Under the pieces are notes generated by a model that had not been told where the DNA came from, searched no databases, and saw only the letters and a program-made list of their open reading frames with translations. DNA of 45,413 bases from Candidatus Nanoarchaeia archaeon (lineage in GTDB: Archaea; Nanobdellota; Nanobdellia; SCGC-AAA011-G17; GW2011-AR20): NCBI GenBank assembly GCA_035288805.1, contig DATDZG010000036.1, forward strand, positions 1 to 45,413, in the 5' to 3' direction. The translations under genes and the position numbers were made by a program. Position 1 is the stretch's first letter. Each line of letters opens with the position of its first letter. Positions 15,214 to 24,094 of the stretch are shown piece by piece.

Positions 15214-16719
15214 TTATCTCGTCCAAACCTTCATCTCCCTCAATTGTTTCAAATCATTTCTATGCAGCTCTCTTATGTCAGTAATGTTGTAATAATCAGA
15301 AATTATCCTGCCAATGCCTAAACCCCATGCTAAAACTTGAGTATCCTTGCCCATCAAAGGCTTAACCACTTCAGGTCTAAACACTCCAGCCCCGCCAAGT
15401 TCAATCCATTTCTTATGCACAGGATGATAAACATCAACCTCAACCGAAGGTTCTGTATATGGAAAATAAGCAGGCCTAAATCTTACTTTTTCAAAACCCA
15501 TTTTATTGAAAAACTCTTTTAAATATCCAAGCAAATGTCTAAAGTTCACATTTTCATCAACCACAATCCCTTCAGTCTGGTCAAATTCAAATAAATGAGT
15601 TGCATCCAAAGTTTCATTTCTAAAGCATTTTCCAATTGCAAAGTATTTTCCAGGAGTATTTTTTAATCCTGCAATTGTCTTTGCTGATAAAGCAGTAGTA
15701 TGGGTTCTTAACACATTTTTCTTCCCATCTTCACTATTCCAATTATATTTCCAGCCTAAACTTCCCGTATTCCCGCCATCCTCATGCACTTTTTTTATTC
15801 TCTCAACCAAGCTATTTTCAGGCAATTTTCCTTTTTCAGGATTCTTAATAAAAAAAGTATCCTGCATCTCTCTAACAGGATGGTCTTGAGCAGTAAACAA
15901 AGCATCAAAATTCCAGAAACTCGTTTGCACCTTGCTCCCTTTCATCTCTTTAAAACCCATCTCAAGCCAAATTTTTCTTACATATCTCAAAGCTTCATTG
16001 GTAAAATGAACTCTTCCAGCATAAACTTTAGGAACCTCACTATTAATCTGATATCTTCTGAATTTTTTCCCTTTCCAATACTCGCTTTTCAATAAGCTAG
16101 GAGTTAAACTCTCAATTAATTCTTGGTCAATTTTCTCTTTTTTAATCTCATTCCCAAGAACGGTCAGATTAATTGTCATCTCTTTTGTCAGCTCGCTTTT
16201 AAGAATCTCTTTTCTATTTTTCAATTCATTGTAAATATGCAGTTCTTCTCTGTTAAAAGATTCAAGATTCCTGGGAAGAGTTTTCAAGAATTTTTCTTCA
16301 TGAAATCCTTTTTTCAATAATTCCTTTCCATCACTTGTGATGGTAATTTGTTTTCCAAGCAAAATTGCATTCTTTCTTTTCAGCATCCCAAGAGAAACTC
16401 CAGCTTCATTGTCATCCAATCCAGCTTTAGCTTTAATCTCATTTAAGCTCAGGTTAGATTTTTCAATAGCAATTAAAAATCTCTTCTCAGGCAAACCATC
16501 TTTCAAATATCTTTTCCCATTTTCTCCAAGACCAATATGCTCAGAAGCATCTTTCTTAATTGTAATAATCTTCTTGTTTTCAAGCCATCCTAAAGCACGT
16601 AAGACTTCAATCTCTTTTAACTCAGATTCCTTAACCAACCCATTCATAGTGCAGCCGGTTTTAACAAAACTCCAAATCTTTCTTTCTAAAGGCGAGAAAC
16701 TCTCCAAAATTTTCTGCAT
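15214..16719 (-). CDS. pheS: Phenylalanyl-tRNA synthetase alpha subunit (archaeal type)
   Basis: 501 aa. Class II motifs are HPVREMQDTFF, RTHTTA, FRNETLDATHLFEFDQTEG and GGAGVFRPEV. Confidence 0.92.
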   Translation of the reverse strand: MQKILESFSPLERKIWSFVKTGCTMNGLVKESELKEIEVLRALGWLENKKIITIKKDASEHIGLGENGKRYLKDGLPEKRFLIAIEKSNLSLNEIKAKAGLDDNEAGVSLGMLKRKNAILLGKQITITSDGKELLKKGFHEEKFLKTLPRNLESFNREELHIYNELKNRKEILKSELTKEMTINLTVLGNEIKKEKIDQELIESLTPSLLKSEYWKGKKFRRYQINSEVPKVYAGRVHFTNEALRYVRKIWLEMGFKEMKGSKVQTSFWNFDALFTAQDHPVREMQDTFFIKNPEKGKLPENSLVERIKKVHEDGGNTGSLGWKYNWNSEDGKKNVLRTHTTALSAKTIAGLKNTPGKYFAIGKCFRNETLDATHLFEFDQTEGIVVDENVNFRHLLGYLKEFFNKMGFEKVRFRPAYFPYTEPSVEVDVYHPVHKKWIELGGAGVFRPEVVKPLMGKDTQVLAWGLGIGRIISDYYNITDIRELHRNDLKQLREMKVWTR

Positions 16720-16757
16720 ACAATATCAATTATAGATTTATATAAAAAGGTTATGGA

Positions 16758-17198
16758 TTATTTTATTAAAGCAAGAACTTCTTTCAATGTTACAACTCTG
16801 AATGTATCCGCCTTTATTTTCAGGAAATGCCTGTTTTCAGTAATCAAATATTCAGCTTTAATATACTCACAGAATGCAGCAATACCAATATCTCCCTTCT
16901 TTAAGCCGAGCTTTTTGTATTTTTGAATCAGGGAAATTGGGAGTTGCGCATGGAATATTGGAATCTCATTCTTAAAAAGAAAGGAATAAAATTCTTTTTT
17001 AACCTCCTCTTTAATATTCCTTAAGACTTCTTTAACGATAAGCTCATCAATGAAAATAGTGGCTTTTTGGTCATTTAAAATCTTTTCAATTAAAAAAGAC
17101 TTCTTATATAAATATAATATATATTCATTGCTGTCTAAAACAAGAATCAATTTAACTCGCCTTAAACCATTGCTTATATTTCTTATCCCATAGCTCAT
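16758..17198 (-). CDS. PIN-domain toxin (VapC-like)
   Basis: LILVLDSNEYILYL carries the N-terminal acidic residue and YLITENRHFLKI is the C-terminal PIN block. It overlaps the upstream RHH gene. The true start is possibly the internal TTG at 17150. Confidence 0.6.
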   Translation of the reverse strand: MSYGIRNISNGLRRVKLILVLDSNEYILYLYKKSFLIEKILNDQKATIFIDELIVKEVLRNIKEEVKKEFYSFLFKNEIPIFHAQLPISLIQKYKKLGLKKGDIGIAAFCEYIKAEYLITENRHFLKIKADTFRVVTLKEVLALIK

Positions 17199-17457
17199 TT
17201 CGGGTTTTACGAATTCTCTTTATCAACTCATCCTGAGTTAAGGAGGAGGTATCAAAACCTTTCCCTTTTTCCTCTTTAAACCATTTATCAAGGATTGCTT
17301 TCTTCTCGATTAAACCCATATCAAGAAGTAATTCATTTTTAATGCTCTCTCTCACAAGTTCAGAGAAATTCCCATAGAGCCCTTCATCTATCAAAACCCT
17401 CGATTTCTCAACCAATTTCTTAGGTAAGGTAATGTTAATTCTTTGGACTTCTCCCAT
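17152..17457 (-). CDS. Ribbon-helix-helix (CopG/MetJ-like) antitoxin
   Basis: RINITLPKKLVEKSRVLIDEGLYGNFSELVRESIKNEL is an RHH fold signature. The start is set at MGEVQR, because a TTTTTATATC box lies about 25 nt upstream on the minus strand. Confidence 0.6.
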   Translation of the reverse strand: MGEVQRINITLPKKLVEKSRVLIDEGLYGNFSELVRESIKNELLLDMGLIEKKAILDKWFKEEKGKGFDTSSLTQDELIKRIRKTRNELWDKKYKQWFKAS

Positions 17458-17560
17458 ATACACACTCAATACACACTGATATAAAAAGGTTTTCTTGTAC
17501 ATCTAGTGATTCTAAAAAGAGAAGATAGTTACTACTTTGAAGAGACTATAAAAACGATAG

Positions 17561-17569
17561 GTTTAAATA
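17561..17569 (+). promoter_or_regulatory. Archaeal TATA-like box (GTTTAAATACCC type)
   Basis: GTTTAAATA ends 22 nt before the ATG at 17591. The same box and spacing occur at 32481, 37111 and 44596. Confidence 0.55.
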
Positions 17570-17590
17570 CCCTCCAGAGAACAAAGAATC

Positions 17591-18244
17591 ATGGTAAATG
17601 AAGTTGTATCAAGAAGAGACAAAATGTTTTCAGAATACACACATCCTGAATTAGAAGGATTTATTCAAAATGTAATTGATAGGTATAAAAATGAGTTACC
17701 CGATCTCAAATCTCAAAAAATAGTAAGGGAATTATTTTTGTATGGATTCATCAGGGCGAGTGGACAAGAATTTTTTTGGAATAGAAACAATCAAGTCATC
17801 CCAATACCGCGAGAAACAGAAGGCGGTTTAGGTTTATTCTTTACCAATAACGGAATTTTAGCCCTTTCAGACTTTGATGGAGAAATATATATAAGAGGCG
17901 GAGAAAGTCGTCTTGGATACTTTCCAGGTTTAGAAGAAAAACCTCAAGGAATTGAAGGCACACTCTTAAATTCAGGGTACAGATCTAAAAACATCTACGT
18001 TCCCCATAGCAATGGAGATGTCTTTGTGGATGAACAACGAGAAAAGCTGTTTCAAGCTATAAACTACTTTTCAAGGAATGTCAGGAATCTTAGAGGAGAA
18101 TCAACCTCTGGAGTAACAATACAAGACTTGTCAGAGCCAACGCCATCAGCACCTTACAAATCAAGAAATCCGAATTTGCCAAGAATAATGATGGGTGACG
18201 CATTCTTAATCCCGGGTAATAAAGAAAGAACCGTTAGAATATGA
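17591..18244 (+). CDS. Hypothetical protein
   Basis: 217-aa ORF with its own TATA box. No recognised motif. It lies between two TA modules. Confidence 0.5.
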   Translation: MVNEVVSRRDKMFSEYTHPELEGFIQNVIDRYKNELPDLKSQKIVRELFLYGFIRASGQEFFWNRNNQVIPIPRETEGGLGLFFTNNGILALSDFDGEIYIRGGESRLGYFPGLEEKPQGIEGTLLNSGYRSKNIYVPHSNGDVFVDEQREKLFQAINYFSRNVRNLRGESTSGVTIQDLSEPTPSAPYKSRNPNLPRIMMGDAFLIPGNKERTVRI

Positions 18245-18338
18245 ATGAAAGATTTAGTCCAAAACGTCAGCCCCCAAACAGCAATTTCCTTAAACATCAA
18301 AGGAAACATTTATATACCTAAGTATACTTCAGTATACC

Positions 18339-18581
18339 ATGAACCAAACAACAACAATCAAACTTCAGGGAATAACAAAGCAGGGATTAGACCATCTCAG
18401 AGAATACAAAAATGAAAGTTACGATGAAGTTATTCAGAAAATGCTCTCTATTGTTAAAAATATCAAAAAACAGCCAGCATTAAGTCAGGAAGCAATTATC
18501 TCTATAGAAAAAGCCAGAGAGAGAATAAAAAAAGGAAATTTTCTTACTGAAGAACAAGCAAGAAAGAGGCTTGCTCTATAA
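18339..18581 (+). CDS. Putative antitoxin of the downstream RelE/ParE-like gene
   Basis: 80-aa ORF whose stop overlaps the start of the toxin gene (ATAATG). A TATA-like ATTTATATA lies about 24 nt upstream. Confidence 0.5.
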   Translation: MNQTTTIKLQGITKQGLDHLREYKNESYDEVIQKMLSIVKNIKKQPALSQEAIISIEKARERIKKGNFLTEEQARKRLAL

Positions 18582-18835
18582 TGTATCAAGTTATCTTTGA
18601 TGAAGCCGCTATCAATTTCTTAAATAAATTACCCAATTCAATAAAGGAAAGAATTTTTAACAAGATTATTGCCTCAAAGGAAAATCCTCTTCGTTACTTT
18701 GAAAGACTTTCAGGAAGGCAGGATTACAAATTAAGGATTGGAGATTACAGAATTATCGCAGACATCTCACAGGAAGAGAAGGTAATTGAAATCACTTTAA
18801 TAGGACATAGAAAGAATATCTATAAGAACATTTAG
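18581..18835 (+). CDS. RelE/ParE-family toxin
   Basis: 84 aa. YKLRIGDYRIIADISQEEKVIEITLIGHRKNIY is the typical RelE/ParE C-terminal beta-sheet motif. Confidence 0.7.
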   Translation: MYQVIFDEAAINFLNKLPNSIKERIFNKIIASKENPLRYFERLSGRQDYKLRIGDYRIIADISQEEKVIEITLIGHRKNIYKNI

Positions 18836-19140
18836 TCTAAAACATCAATAGAAATATTAACACCTTCAGGAACCTGAACTCTCATCACCAATCTTAAAGC
18901 CCTGTCATCAACCTGCAAGTCCATCATTCTTTTATGAACTCTCATTTCCCAGTTGTCAAAACTAGCTTTTCCATCCCCGCAAGGGCTTTTTCTAGTATTC
19001 AACTTCATCTTCTTGGTAGGCAAAGGAATAGGCCCATATAATTTTGTTTTGGTTTTCTCAGCAATATCTTTGATACTTGCACATATTGCATTCAAATCAC
19101 CAATATGAGTTCCCGATAAATGTATTCTCGCCTTTTGCAT
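18832..19140 (-). CDS. rps10: 30S ribosomal protein S10 (uS10)
   Basis: 102 aa with ARIHLSG...GPIPLPTKK...RKSPCGDG...FDNWEMRVHKR. Confidence 0.92.
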   Translation of the reverse strand: MQKARIHLSGTHIGDLNAICASIKDIAEKTKTKLYGPIPLPTKKMKLNTRKSPCGDGKASFDNWEMRVHKRMMDLQVDDRALRLVMRVQVPEGVNISIDVLD

Positions 19141-19159
19141 TCTTTAAACTCCAGAATAA

Positions 19160-19471
19160 TCATATATAAAGCTTTCTCTCTGCAAGAGATTTACCGATAG
19201 GAGTGTATCCAATCCAAATTTCTTTGCAGGAATAGCTATGAGTGTCATCAGTTTCTTTAGGAATTCCATTTAACCCCTTATAACCTTGCAAAGCTCTAAG
19301 TTGTGCAACAACCATTGAGTGTAAATCATCTTTTCTCAAATCAAGAATATCTCTGACATCAATCTCAGGATCTCCTTCTTTGAAATCTCCTTTAAGAAAT
19401 AATCCTGGAAGACCACCACCAGAGCTTGTTCCCCCATTAACCCCGATATGATTTCCTATCCCTGCTTTCAT
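19160..19471 (-). CDS. Hypothetical protein inserted between tuf and rps10
   Basis: 103-aa ORF on the same strand as both neighbours. It has a Gly-rich N-terminus (GVNGGTSSGGGLPG). No recognised motif. Confidence 0.45.
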   Translation of the reverse strand: MKAGIGNHIGVNGGTSSGGGLPGLFLKGDFKEGDPEIDVRDILDLRKDDLHSMVVAQLRALQGYKGLNGIPKETDDTHSYSCKEIWIGYTPIGKSLAERKLYI

Positions 19472-19556
19472 ATTCTTCTCATAACCACTTTTTATTTTTT
19501 TTAGTTAAGGTTTCTTTTTATAAAAAAAAGTTAAAAGAAAAAAGAAGAAAATCTTC

Positions 19557-20840
19557 TTACTTTTTAGCAACCAAATCAATACACATTCCTGCAGCAACAG
19601 TTGAACCAGCATCTCTGATAGCAAACCTTGCCATATGAGGAATATCTTTCTGCCTTTCCATGCACAGAGGTTTAGTAGGTTTAACCCTGACAATCGCAGC
19701 ATCCCCTGTCTTTAGCATATCAGGTTTTTCCTGAATAACCTGTCCTGTTGCAGGATCAATTTTCTTAACCAATTCAACAAACTGGCAGGCAACCTGTGCA
19801 GTATGGATATGGAAAACAGGTGTATATCCTGCTGTTATCACAGTTGGATGATTCAGAACAATAATCTGCGCTGTAAACTCCGAAACAACTGTAGGAGGAT
19901 TTGAAGCATGTCCTAAAACATCTCCTCTTGCAATATCCTTCTTTCCAATTCCACGAACATTGAAGCCAATATTATCACCAGGTTCAGCAACTTGAACTTG
20001 CTCATGATGCATTTCAATAGTCTTAACCTCTCCAGGAACTCCTTTGCCCTCTCTTCCTGGAACAAAAATAACTTTATCTCCAATTTTCATTATCCCTGTT
20101 TCAACTCTTCCAACAGGCACAACTCCAATCCCCGTGATGTTATACACATCTTGGATTGGCAGCCTTAATGGTAAATGAGTTGGTTTTTCAGGCTCTTTAA
20201 ATTGGTCAATCAATTCCAATAAAGTAGGTCCAGTAAACCAGGTTAAATGCTCTGATTTCTTAGTAACATTCTCCCCATTCAATGAACTCAATGGAATAAA
20301 TGTAACATTCTCAGTCTTATATCCAGCAGTCTTCAAAACAGTCTGAACATCTTTCTTAACTTGTTCAAACTTCTCTTGTTTGTATCCAACAACATCCATC
20401 TTATTTACAGCAACTGCTAATTGGTTAACCCCAAGAGTTTTACACAACCAAATATGCTCTTTTGTCTGAGCCATTACACCATCAGATGCAGCAATAACCA
20501 ATACCCCAGCATCTGCCTGGCTAGCCCCAGTAATCATATTCTTGATAAAATCTCTATGCCCAGGAGCATCAATAATGGTAAATTCATATTTATTAGTAAC
20601 AAATTTTTTGTGAGACAAATCAATTGTAACCCCTCTCTCTCTTTCCTCTTTTAAATTGTCCATGACAAAAGCAAATTCAAATCCAGATTTTCCAAGTTCT
20701 TGAGCTTTTTCTTTCAGTTTTCTCATCGCTTGCTCATTGATATTTCCAGAATCATACAGTAATCTTCCTACTGTAGTGCTCTTTCCATGGTCAACATGAC
20801 CAACAAATACTAAATTTAAGTGTGGTTTTTCTTTAGCCAT
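19557..20840 (-). CDS. tuf: Translation elongation factor aEF-1 alpha
   Basis: 427 aa with [26 protein letters not shown] and NKMD G-motifs. The archaeal/eukaryotic-type sequence holds throughout. Confidence 0.97.
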   Translation of the reverse strand: MAKEKPHLNLVFVGHVDHGKSTTVGRLLYDSGNINEQAMRKLKEKAQELGKSGFEFAFVMDNLKEERERGVTIDLSHKKFVTNKYEFTIIDAPGHRDFIKNMITGASQADAGVLVIAASDGVMAQTKEHIWLCKTLGVNQLAVAVNKMDVVGYKQEKFEQVKKDVQTVLKTAGYKTENVTFIPLSSLNGENVTKKSEHLTWFTGPTLLELIDQFKEPEKPTHLPLRLPIQDVYNITGIGVVPVGRVETGIMKIGDKVIFVPGREGKGVPGEVKTIEMHHEQVQVAEPGDNIGFNVRGIGKKDIARGDVLGHASNPPTVVSEFTAQIIVLNHPTVITAGYTPVFHIHTAQVACQFVELVKKIDPATGQVIQEKPDMLKTGDAAIVRVKPTKPLCMERQKDIPHMARFAIRDAGSTVAAGMCIDLVAKK

Positions 20841-20940
20841 TTTAATTCTTCATCCTCCGTTTCAATGTAAATAAAGAGTGTTAAACCCTGATTTCTTTGC
20901 TATATTCACCATTTATAAAGTTTGCTATCTTCGCTGGAAT

Positions 20941-21294
20941 ATGGAAAAATATGTTGTATTCACAGAAAAGAATAATGAAAGAGGAACAAGAGGAGATGCA
21001 TCTCCAGGCAGAATACACAGAATACTAGGATATTTTGATAATATGGCAACCCAAAAAATTATAGAGGAGAAAATAGTTTGGGCAGAGATATGGAAAGAAT
21101 CAGACATTGATTTATGGTTTCGTGAAGATTCAGAATTAAAAAGAATTTTAGCAGAAATGGAGCATCCAGAAAGATATCTGGTACTAAGGGCAGGAGTTTT
21201 GGATGAACAAAAGTTAGGAGAGTTCACAAGTGATATTGAGGAGGGATACGGACTTCAATCAAGAATTTACCCCCCAAATAACTTAAACAAATAA
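20941..21294 (+). CDS. Hypothetical protein
   Basis: The start is set at MEKYV, with an ATTTATAAAG box 22 nt upstream. No recognised motif. Confidence 0.45.
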   Translation: MEKYVVFTEKNNERGTRGDASPGRIHRILGYFDNMATQKIIEEKIVWAEIWKESDIDLWFREDSELKRILAEMEHPERYLVLRAGVLDEQKLGEFTSDIEEGYGLQSRIYPPNNLNK

Positions 21295-21333
21295 AAGCAA
21301 AACATTTATCAATATCCTAAACATCAAACAACC

Positions 21334-21594
21334 ATGAATCCAGCATTCTCCAACCTTGGAATCATTGTTCTCGGAATAGTTATAGGCTATGCATTGGGAG
21401 AAGCCCTGGAATACATTGGAAAGAGAACAGCAACAGTAACAGGAACAATTATTGTTGCAGTTTTAAATTTCTCTTCTACGTTATTAAAAACAGAGTCAGA
21501 TTTTCTTCCAATTCTTGGATGGGGATTATTTCTAGGATTATTCATAAGCTTGTTTGCAAATCTAAACAAAGATGAATCCAAGAGTAAAACTTAA
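21334..21594 (+). CDS. Small membrane protein
   Basis: 86 aa with three hydrophobic segments. Confidence 0.4.
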   Translation: MNPAFSNLGIIVLGIVIGYALGEALEYIGKRTATVTGTIIVAVLNFSSTLLKTESDFLPILGWGLFLGLFISLFANLNKDESKSKT

Positions 21595-21684
21595 GATAAC
21601 CCTCAATTGAAAAATTCCAGGAAGAGAAAAGGAAATTTTACATAAAAAAATAACTATTTTGTTTATGATTAACACACAAAAAAA

Positions 21685-22191
21685 TTATTGCCCTTTTAAT
21701 TCTTTAACCTTCATCATTCTTAATTCTTTAACCTTCATAACCATTATTAAACTCTCGGGTGCACTACGATGGCTGGGCCGTTCATCACCAGTATCAATTA
21801 TAGTCTCATAACTAAAAACATACCTGCCAGAATCTAACTCAATCAAAATCGGACCTTCAAATTGAATCATACTAACAATATTTTCTGCTAATCCCGGATC
21901 TTTAGGTTCAGGGTCAGTATAACCGCTTCCACCCAGATATATTCTAGGTCTAAAATGAAAACCCTCAAACCAAGAACCAGATTCATGACCGAAATTACAA
22001 TACGATCTCGGTTCAAATCTGTATCTTGTAGGTTTTCCACTTTTTTGATCATATAAAACCGGAATTTTTTCTTCTTCAGGATAGTAATTAGTAAATAAAT
22101 CAACAATGCCTTCTAATGCCCTTCTAGGATCTTTCTCTCTTTTAATAGCTAAAATCCTTTGCAATGTTGAAGGAGGTATTCTTGTAGACAT
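21685..22191 (-). CDS. Hypothetical protein
   Basis: The start is set at ATG (MSTRIPP), 22 nt downstream of a TATATAAAA box on the minus strand. The C-terminus carries a 24-nt tandem duplication (KVKELRMM/KVKELKGQ). Confidence 0.45.
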   Translation of the reverse strand: MSTRIPPSTLQRILAIKREKDPRRALEGIVDLFTNYYPEEEKIPVLYDQKSGKPTRYRFEPRSYCNFGHESGSWFEGFHFRPRIYLGGSGYTDPEPKDPGLAENIVSMIQFEGPILIELDSGRYVFSYETIIDTGDERPSHRSAPESLIMVMKVKELRMMKVKELKGQ

Positions 22192-22504
22192 ACTATCTAC
22201 CAATACATTCCATTTTATATAGTCTTTGATGATATAACCACTCAGGAATAAATACCATTAGTTCTCATCAACAATCCTTAGGAAATTTTATCTTGGAAAA
22301 TAATCTAGATTACACCAAACATCTTTAATAAAATCCATATGGCTATCCCTATCAAAACAAGTATTGCTAGAATATCCCAAAAACTTCTCCCTCTTTTGCC
22401 CATGCAAACAAGTAAGCCTCCAAACCTTATTAAATTTTTTATTTGCTCAAAATGTATATTAAACCCCATAAATTCTTATTAAGTCAAACTCATTCTGCTA
22501 ACCA

Positions 22505-22960
22505 ATGAAAGCTTACAAAGTCTTAAGAGAAACATACCAATATGGATTTGGTAGCGACCAAAAGATTACTGATTCTTTTTTTCTAGTTATTCCTGATGCA
22601 GGGCTTAAATTAAGATATTCACCATCAGATCTGGGATTTATAAAAGAGCAATTAGTAAATGATAGGTTCTTTGAGCTTAGGATAGAACATATAGAACACC
22701 CTAAACAATTACACTACACTCATGATCCATCAATCGATCAGTGGATGAAGCTAAAAGAAATGTCCCCAGATGAATGGAATGAATACATGAAGACCCAAGA
22801 TACTAAACACACAGAATATCACGCAGTTGAGTGTGAAGTTTCAGATGAACTTGTTACAGATTTAAGAAACATAATCCAGATGGATGAAACAAGAAAGAGA
22901 GTAAACTCTGGGCTAAGAGGGATAATTCTAGATAATCCAAAGCAGGCAGTGGCAGCGTAG
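22505..22960 (+). CDS. Hypothetical protein
   Basis: 151-aa ORF. No recognised motif. Confidence 0.4.
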   Translation: MKAYKVLRETYQYGFGSDQKITDSFFLVIPDAGLKLRYSPSDLGFIKEQLVNDRFFELRIEHIEHPKQLHYTHDPSIDQWMKLKEMSPDEWNEYMKTQDTKHTEYHAVECEVSDELVTDLRNIIQMDETRKRVNSGLRGIILDNPKQAVAA

Positions 22961-23000
22961 TAAGATAAACAGCTTATGTCTAATATTACTTGGATTTAAG

Positions 23001-23360
23001 TTATTGGATCAGAAAATTATGGTGATTCTCTCCTTCTACAAAAGGATCTCCTAAATAAACCAGGGTTGATATGATTTTATATGCTTCCCACAGTTTAGCC
23101 CATGGAAAAACATCTTCCCAAGGTTCACCATATGTTGCTCTGCCATAATTTTGCATTATCATTTCTTGCTTTAATTCTAAAGCTAATTCTGGTGCAATCT
23201 TAGCAAATCTCCCATAACATGGCCAATCCCCAATACGTTCATCAATAATCATACTGCAAGCAGAATCTACAATCATATGAGCATAAAAATTATTATTCCC
23301 ATCAATAAAATCTTCAAGTGATGCAAACTGGATTTGAAGAACGATTTTTTGTTTTTCCAT
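23001..23360 (-). CDS. Hypothetical protein
   Basis: 119-aa ORF. No recognised motif. Confidence 0.4.
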   Translation of the reverse strand: MEKQKIVLQIQFASLEDFIDGNNNFYAHMIVDSACSMIIDERIGDWPCYGRFAKIAPELALELKQEMIMQNYGRATYGEPWEDVFPWAKLWEAYKIISTLVYLGDPFVEGENHHNFLIQ

Positions 23361-23406
23361 TTATCACGGAAATACTAATCTATATTAAAATCTATCTATC
23401 AAAATC

Positions 23407-23414
23407 TTTATAAA
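23407..23414 (+). promoter_or_regulatory. Archaeal TATA box of the 5S rRNA gene
   Basis: TTTATAAA ends 22 nt before the first paired base of 5S helix I. Confidence 0.6.
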
Positions 23415-23435
23415 CCATTCATATTCCATAATCTT

Positions 23436-23549
23436 GGACGGTCATAGGAGTCTGGTTCCACCAGTTCCCATTTCGAACACTGAAGTTAAACAGGTTTCCG
23501 TTCCTTGCTGTACTGCACTTACGTGTGGGAATCTTGGAAAGCTGTCCTC
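23436..23549 (+). rRNA. rrf: 5S rRNA (stand-alone gene)
   Basis: GGACGGTCATAGG...CCCATTTCGAACAC.GAAGTTAAAC...GTACTG...TGGGAA... is collinear with archaeal 5S. The helix I pairing is GGACGG/CTGTCC. A TTATTTTT terminator lies at 23551-23558. Confidence 0.9.
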
Positions 23550-23560
23550 CTTATTTTTCT

Positions 23561-23643
23561 AAAATAGCACAACGTTTTGGGGATACAAGACCCTTGTTTC
23601 TTTTTTAAATACAATGTTTTTTATTTACAAAGAAAAAAAATTG
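23561..23643 (+). repeat. Composite repeat copy inserted after 5S, bracketed by a duplicated 5S 3' end
   Basis: It contains TTTTGGGGATACAAGACC (identical 18-mer at 42658-42675), followed by a T-rich TTTTTTATTTACAAAGAAAAAAAA hairpin. It is flanked by TTGGAAAGCTGTCCTCCTTATTTTTCT (23534-23560) and TTGGGGAAGCTGTCCTCTTATTTTTCT (23645-23671). Confidence 0.65.
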
Positions 23644-23670
23644 TTTGGGGAAGCTGTCCTCTTATTTTTC

Positions 23671-24048
23671 TTAACTAACCTTAATATTATCCCAAACCAA
23701 CAACCCGCCAAGAATTAAAGACAGCCAAGGTATAATCCAGCGAGGGATAATCAAAGTCCAGTTCAAAACATGATAATTAATCAGGAGGGGGTATAAACCA
23801 ATTCCAATTGCCAAAGCCCCGACAACAAAACTTATTGCCCCATTAAACAATTTTGTTCTCCTGGAAACATCAATCCATAAAAAAAACCCGCCAACAATCA
23901 ACAAAATCCACATAACCAGTTCAGGCAAAGAAACAGCAGCATTGGCTATTTGGCTCGGCAAACCAGTTTGCAAACCAATCTGCGAGCTGATATTCACTGC
24001 AGCAAGAATCAAAAACAATACTCCTAGCAATACCCCTATAATTAACAT
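23671..24048 (-). CDS. Membrane protein (4 TM), unknown function
   Basis: 125 aa, strongly hydrophobic. Confidence 0.45.
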   Translation of the reverse strand: MLIIGVLLGVLFLILAAVNISSQIGLQTGLPSQIANAAVSLPELVMWILLIVGGFFLWIDVSRRTKLFNGAISFVVGALAIGIGLYPLLINYHVLNWTLIIPRWIIPWLSLILGGLLVWDNIKVS

Positions 24049-24094
24049 CCTCCTAAAAAGAAAGACTTAATTATAAGCTTTATCATTCAGAGAT

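Noticed and set aside
21696-21738. 24-nt tandem duplication at the 3' end of ORF 21685-22191 (KVKELRMM/KVKELKGQ)
   Set aside because: It is real in the sequence but is a single small in-frame duplication in an unknown protein. There is no evidence of broader significance.
22226-22275. Box C/D sRNA candidate on the minus strand (TTGATGA ... CTGA)
   Set aside because: The putative C box pairs with a downstream TCATCAA as a simple inverted repeat. There is no second C'/D' pair or terminal stem in the canonical arrangement. It sits just upstream of a gene's TATA box.
22305-22403. 32-aa hydrophobic mini-ORF on the minus strand (MGKRGRSFWDILAILVLIGIAIWILLKMFGVI)
   Set aside because: It is plausible as a small membrane peptide, but it has no Shine-Dalgarno sequence or clear TATA spacing, and conservation cannot be assessed. 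Support is too weak to annotate.
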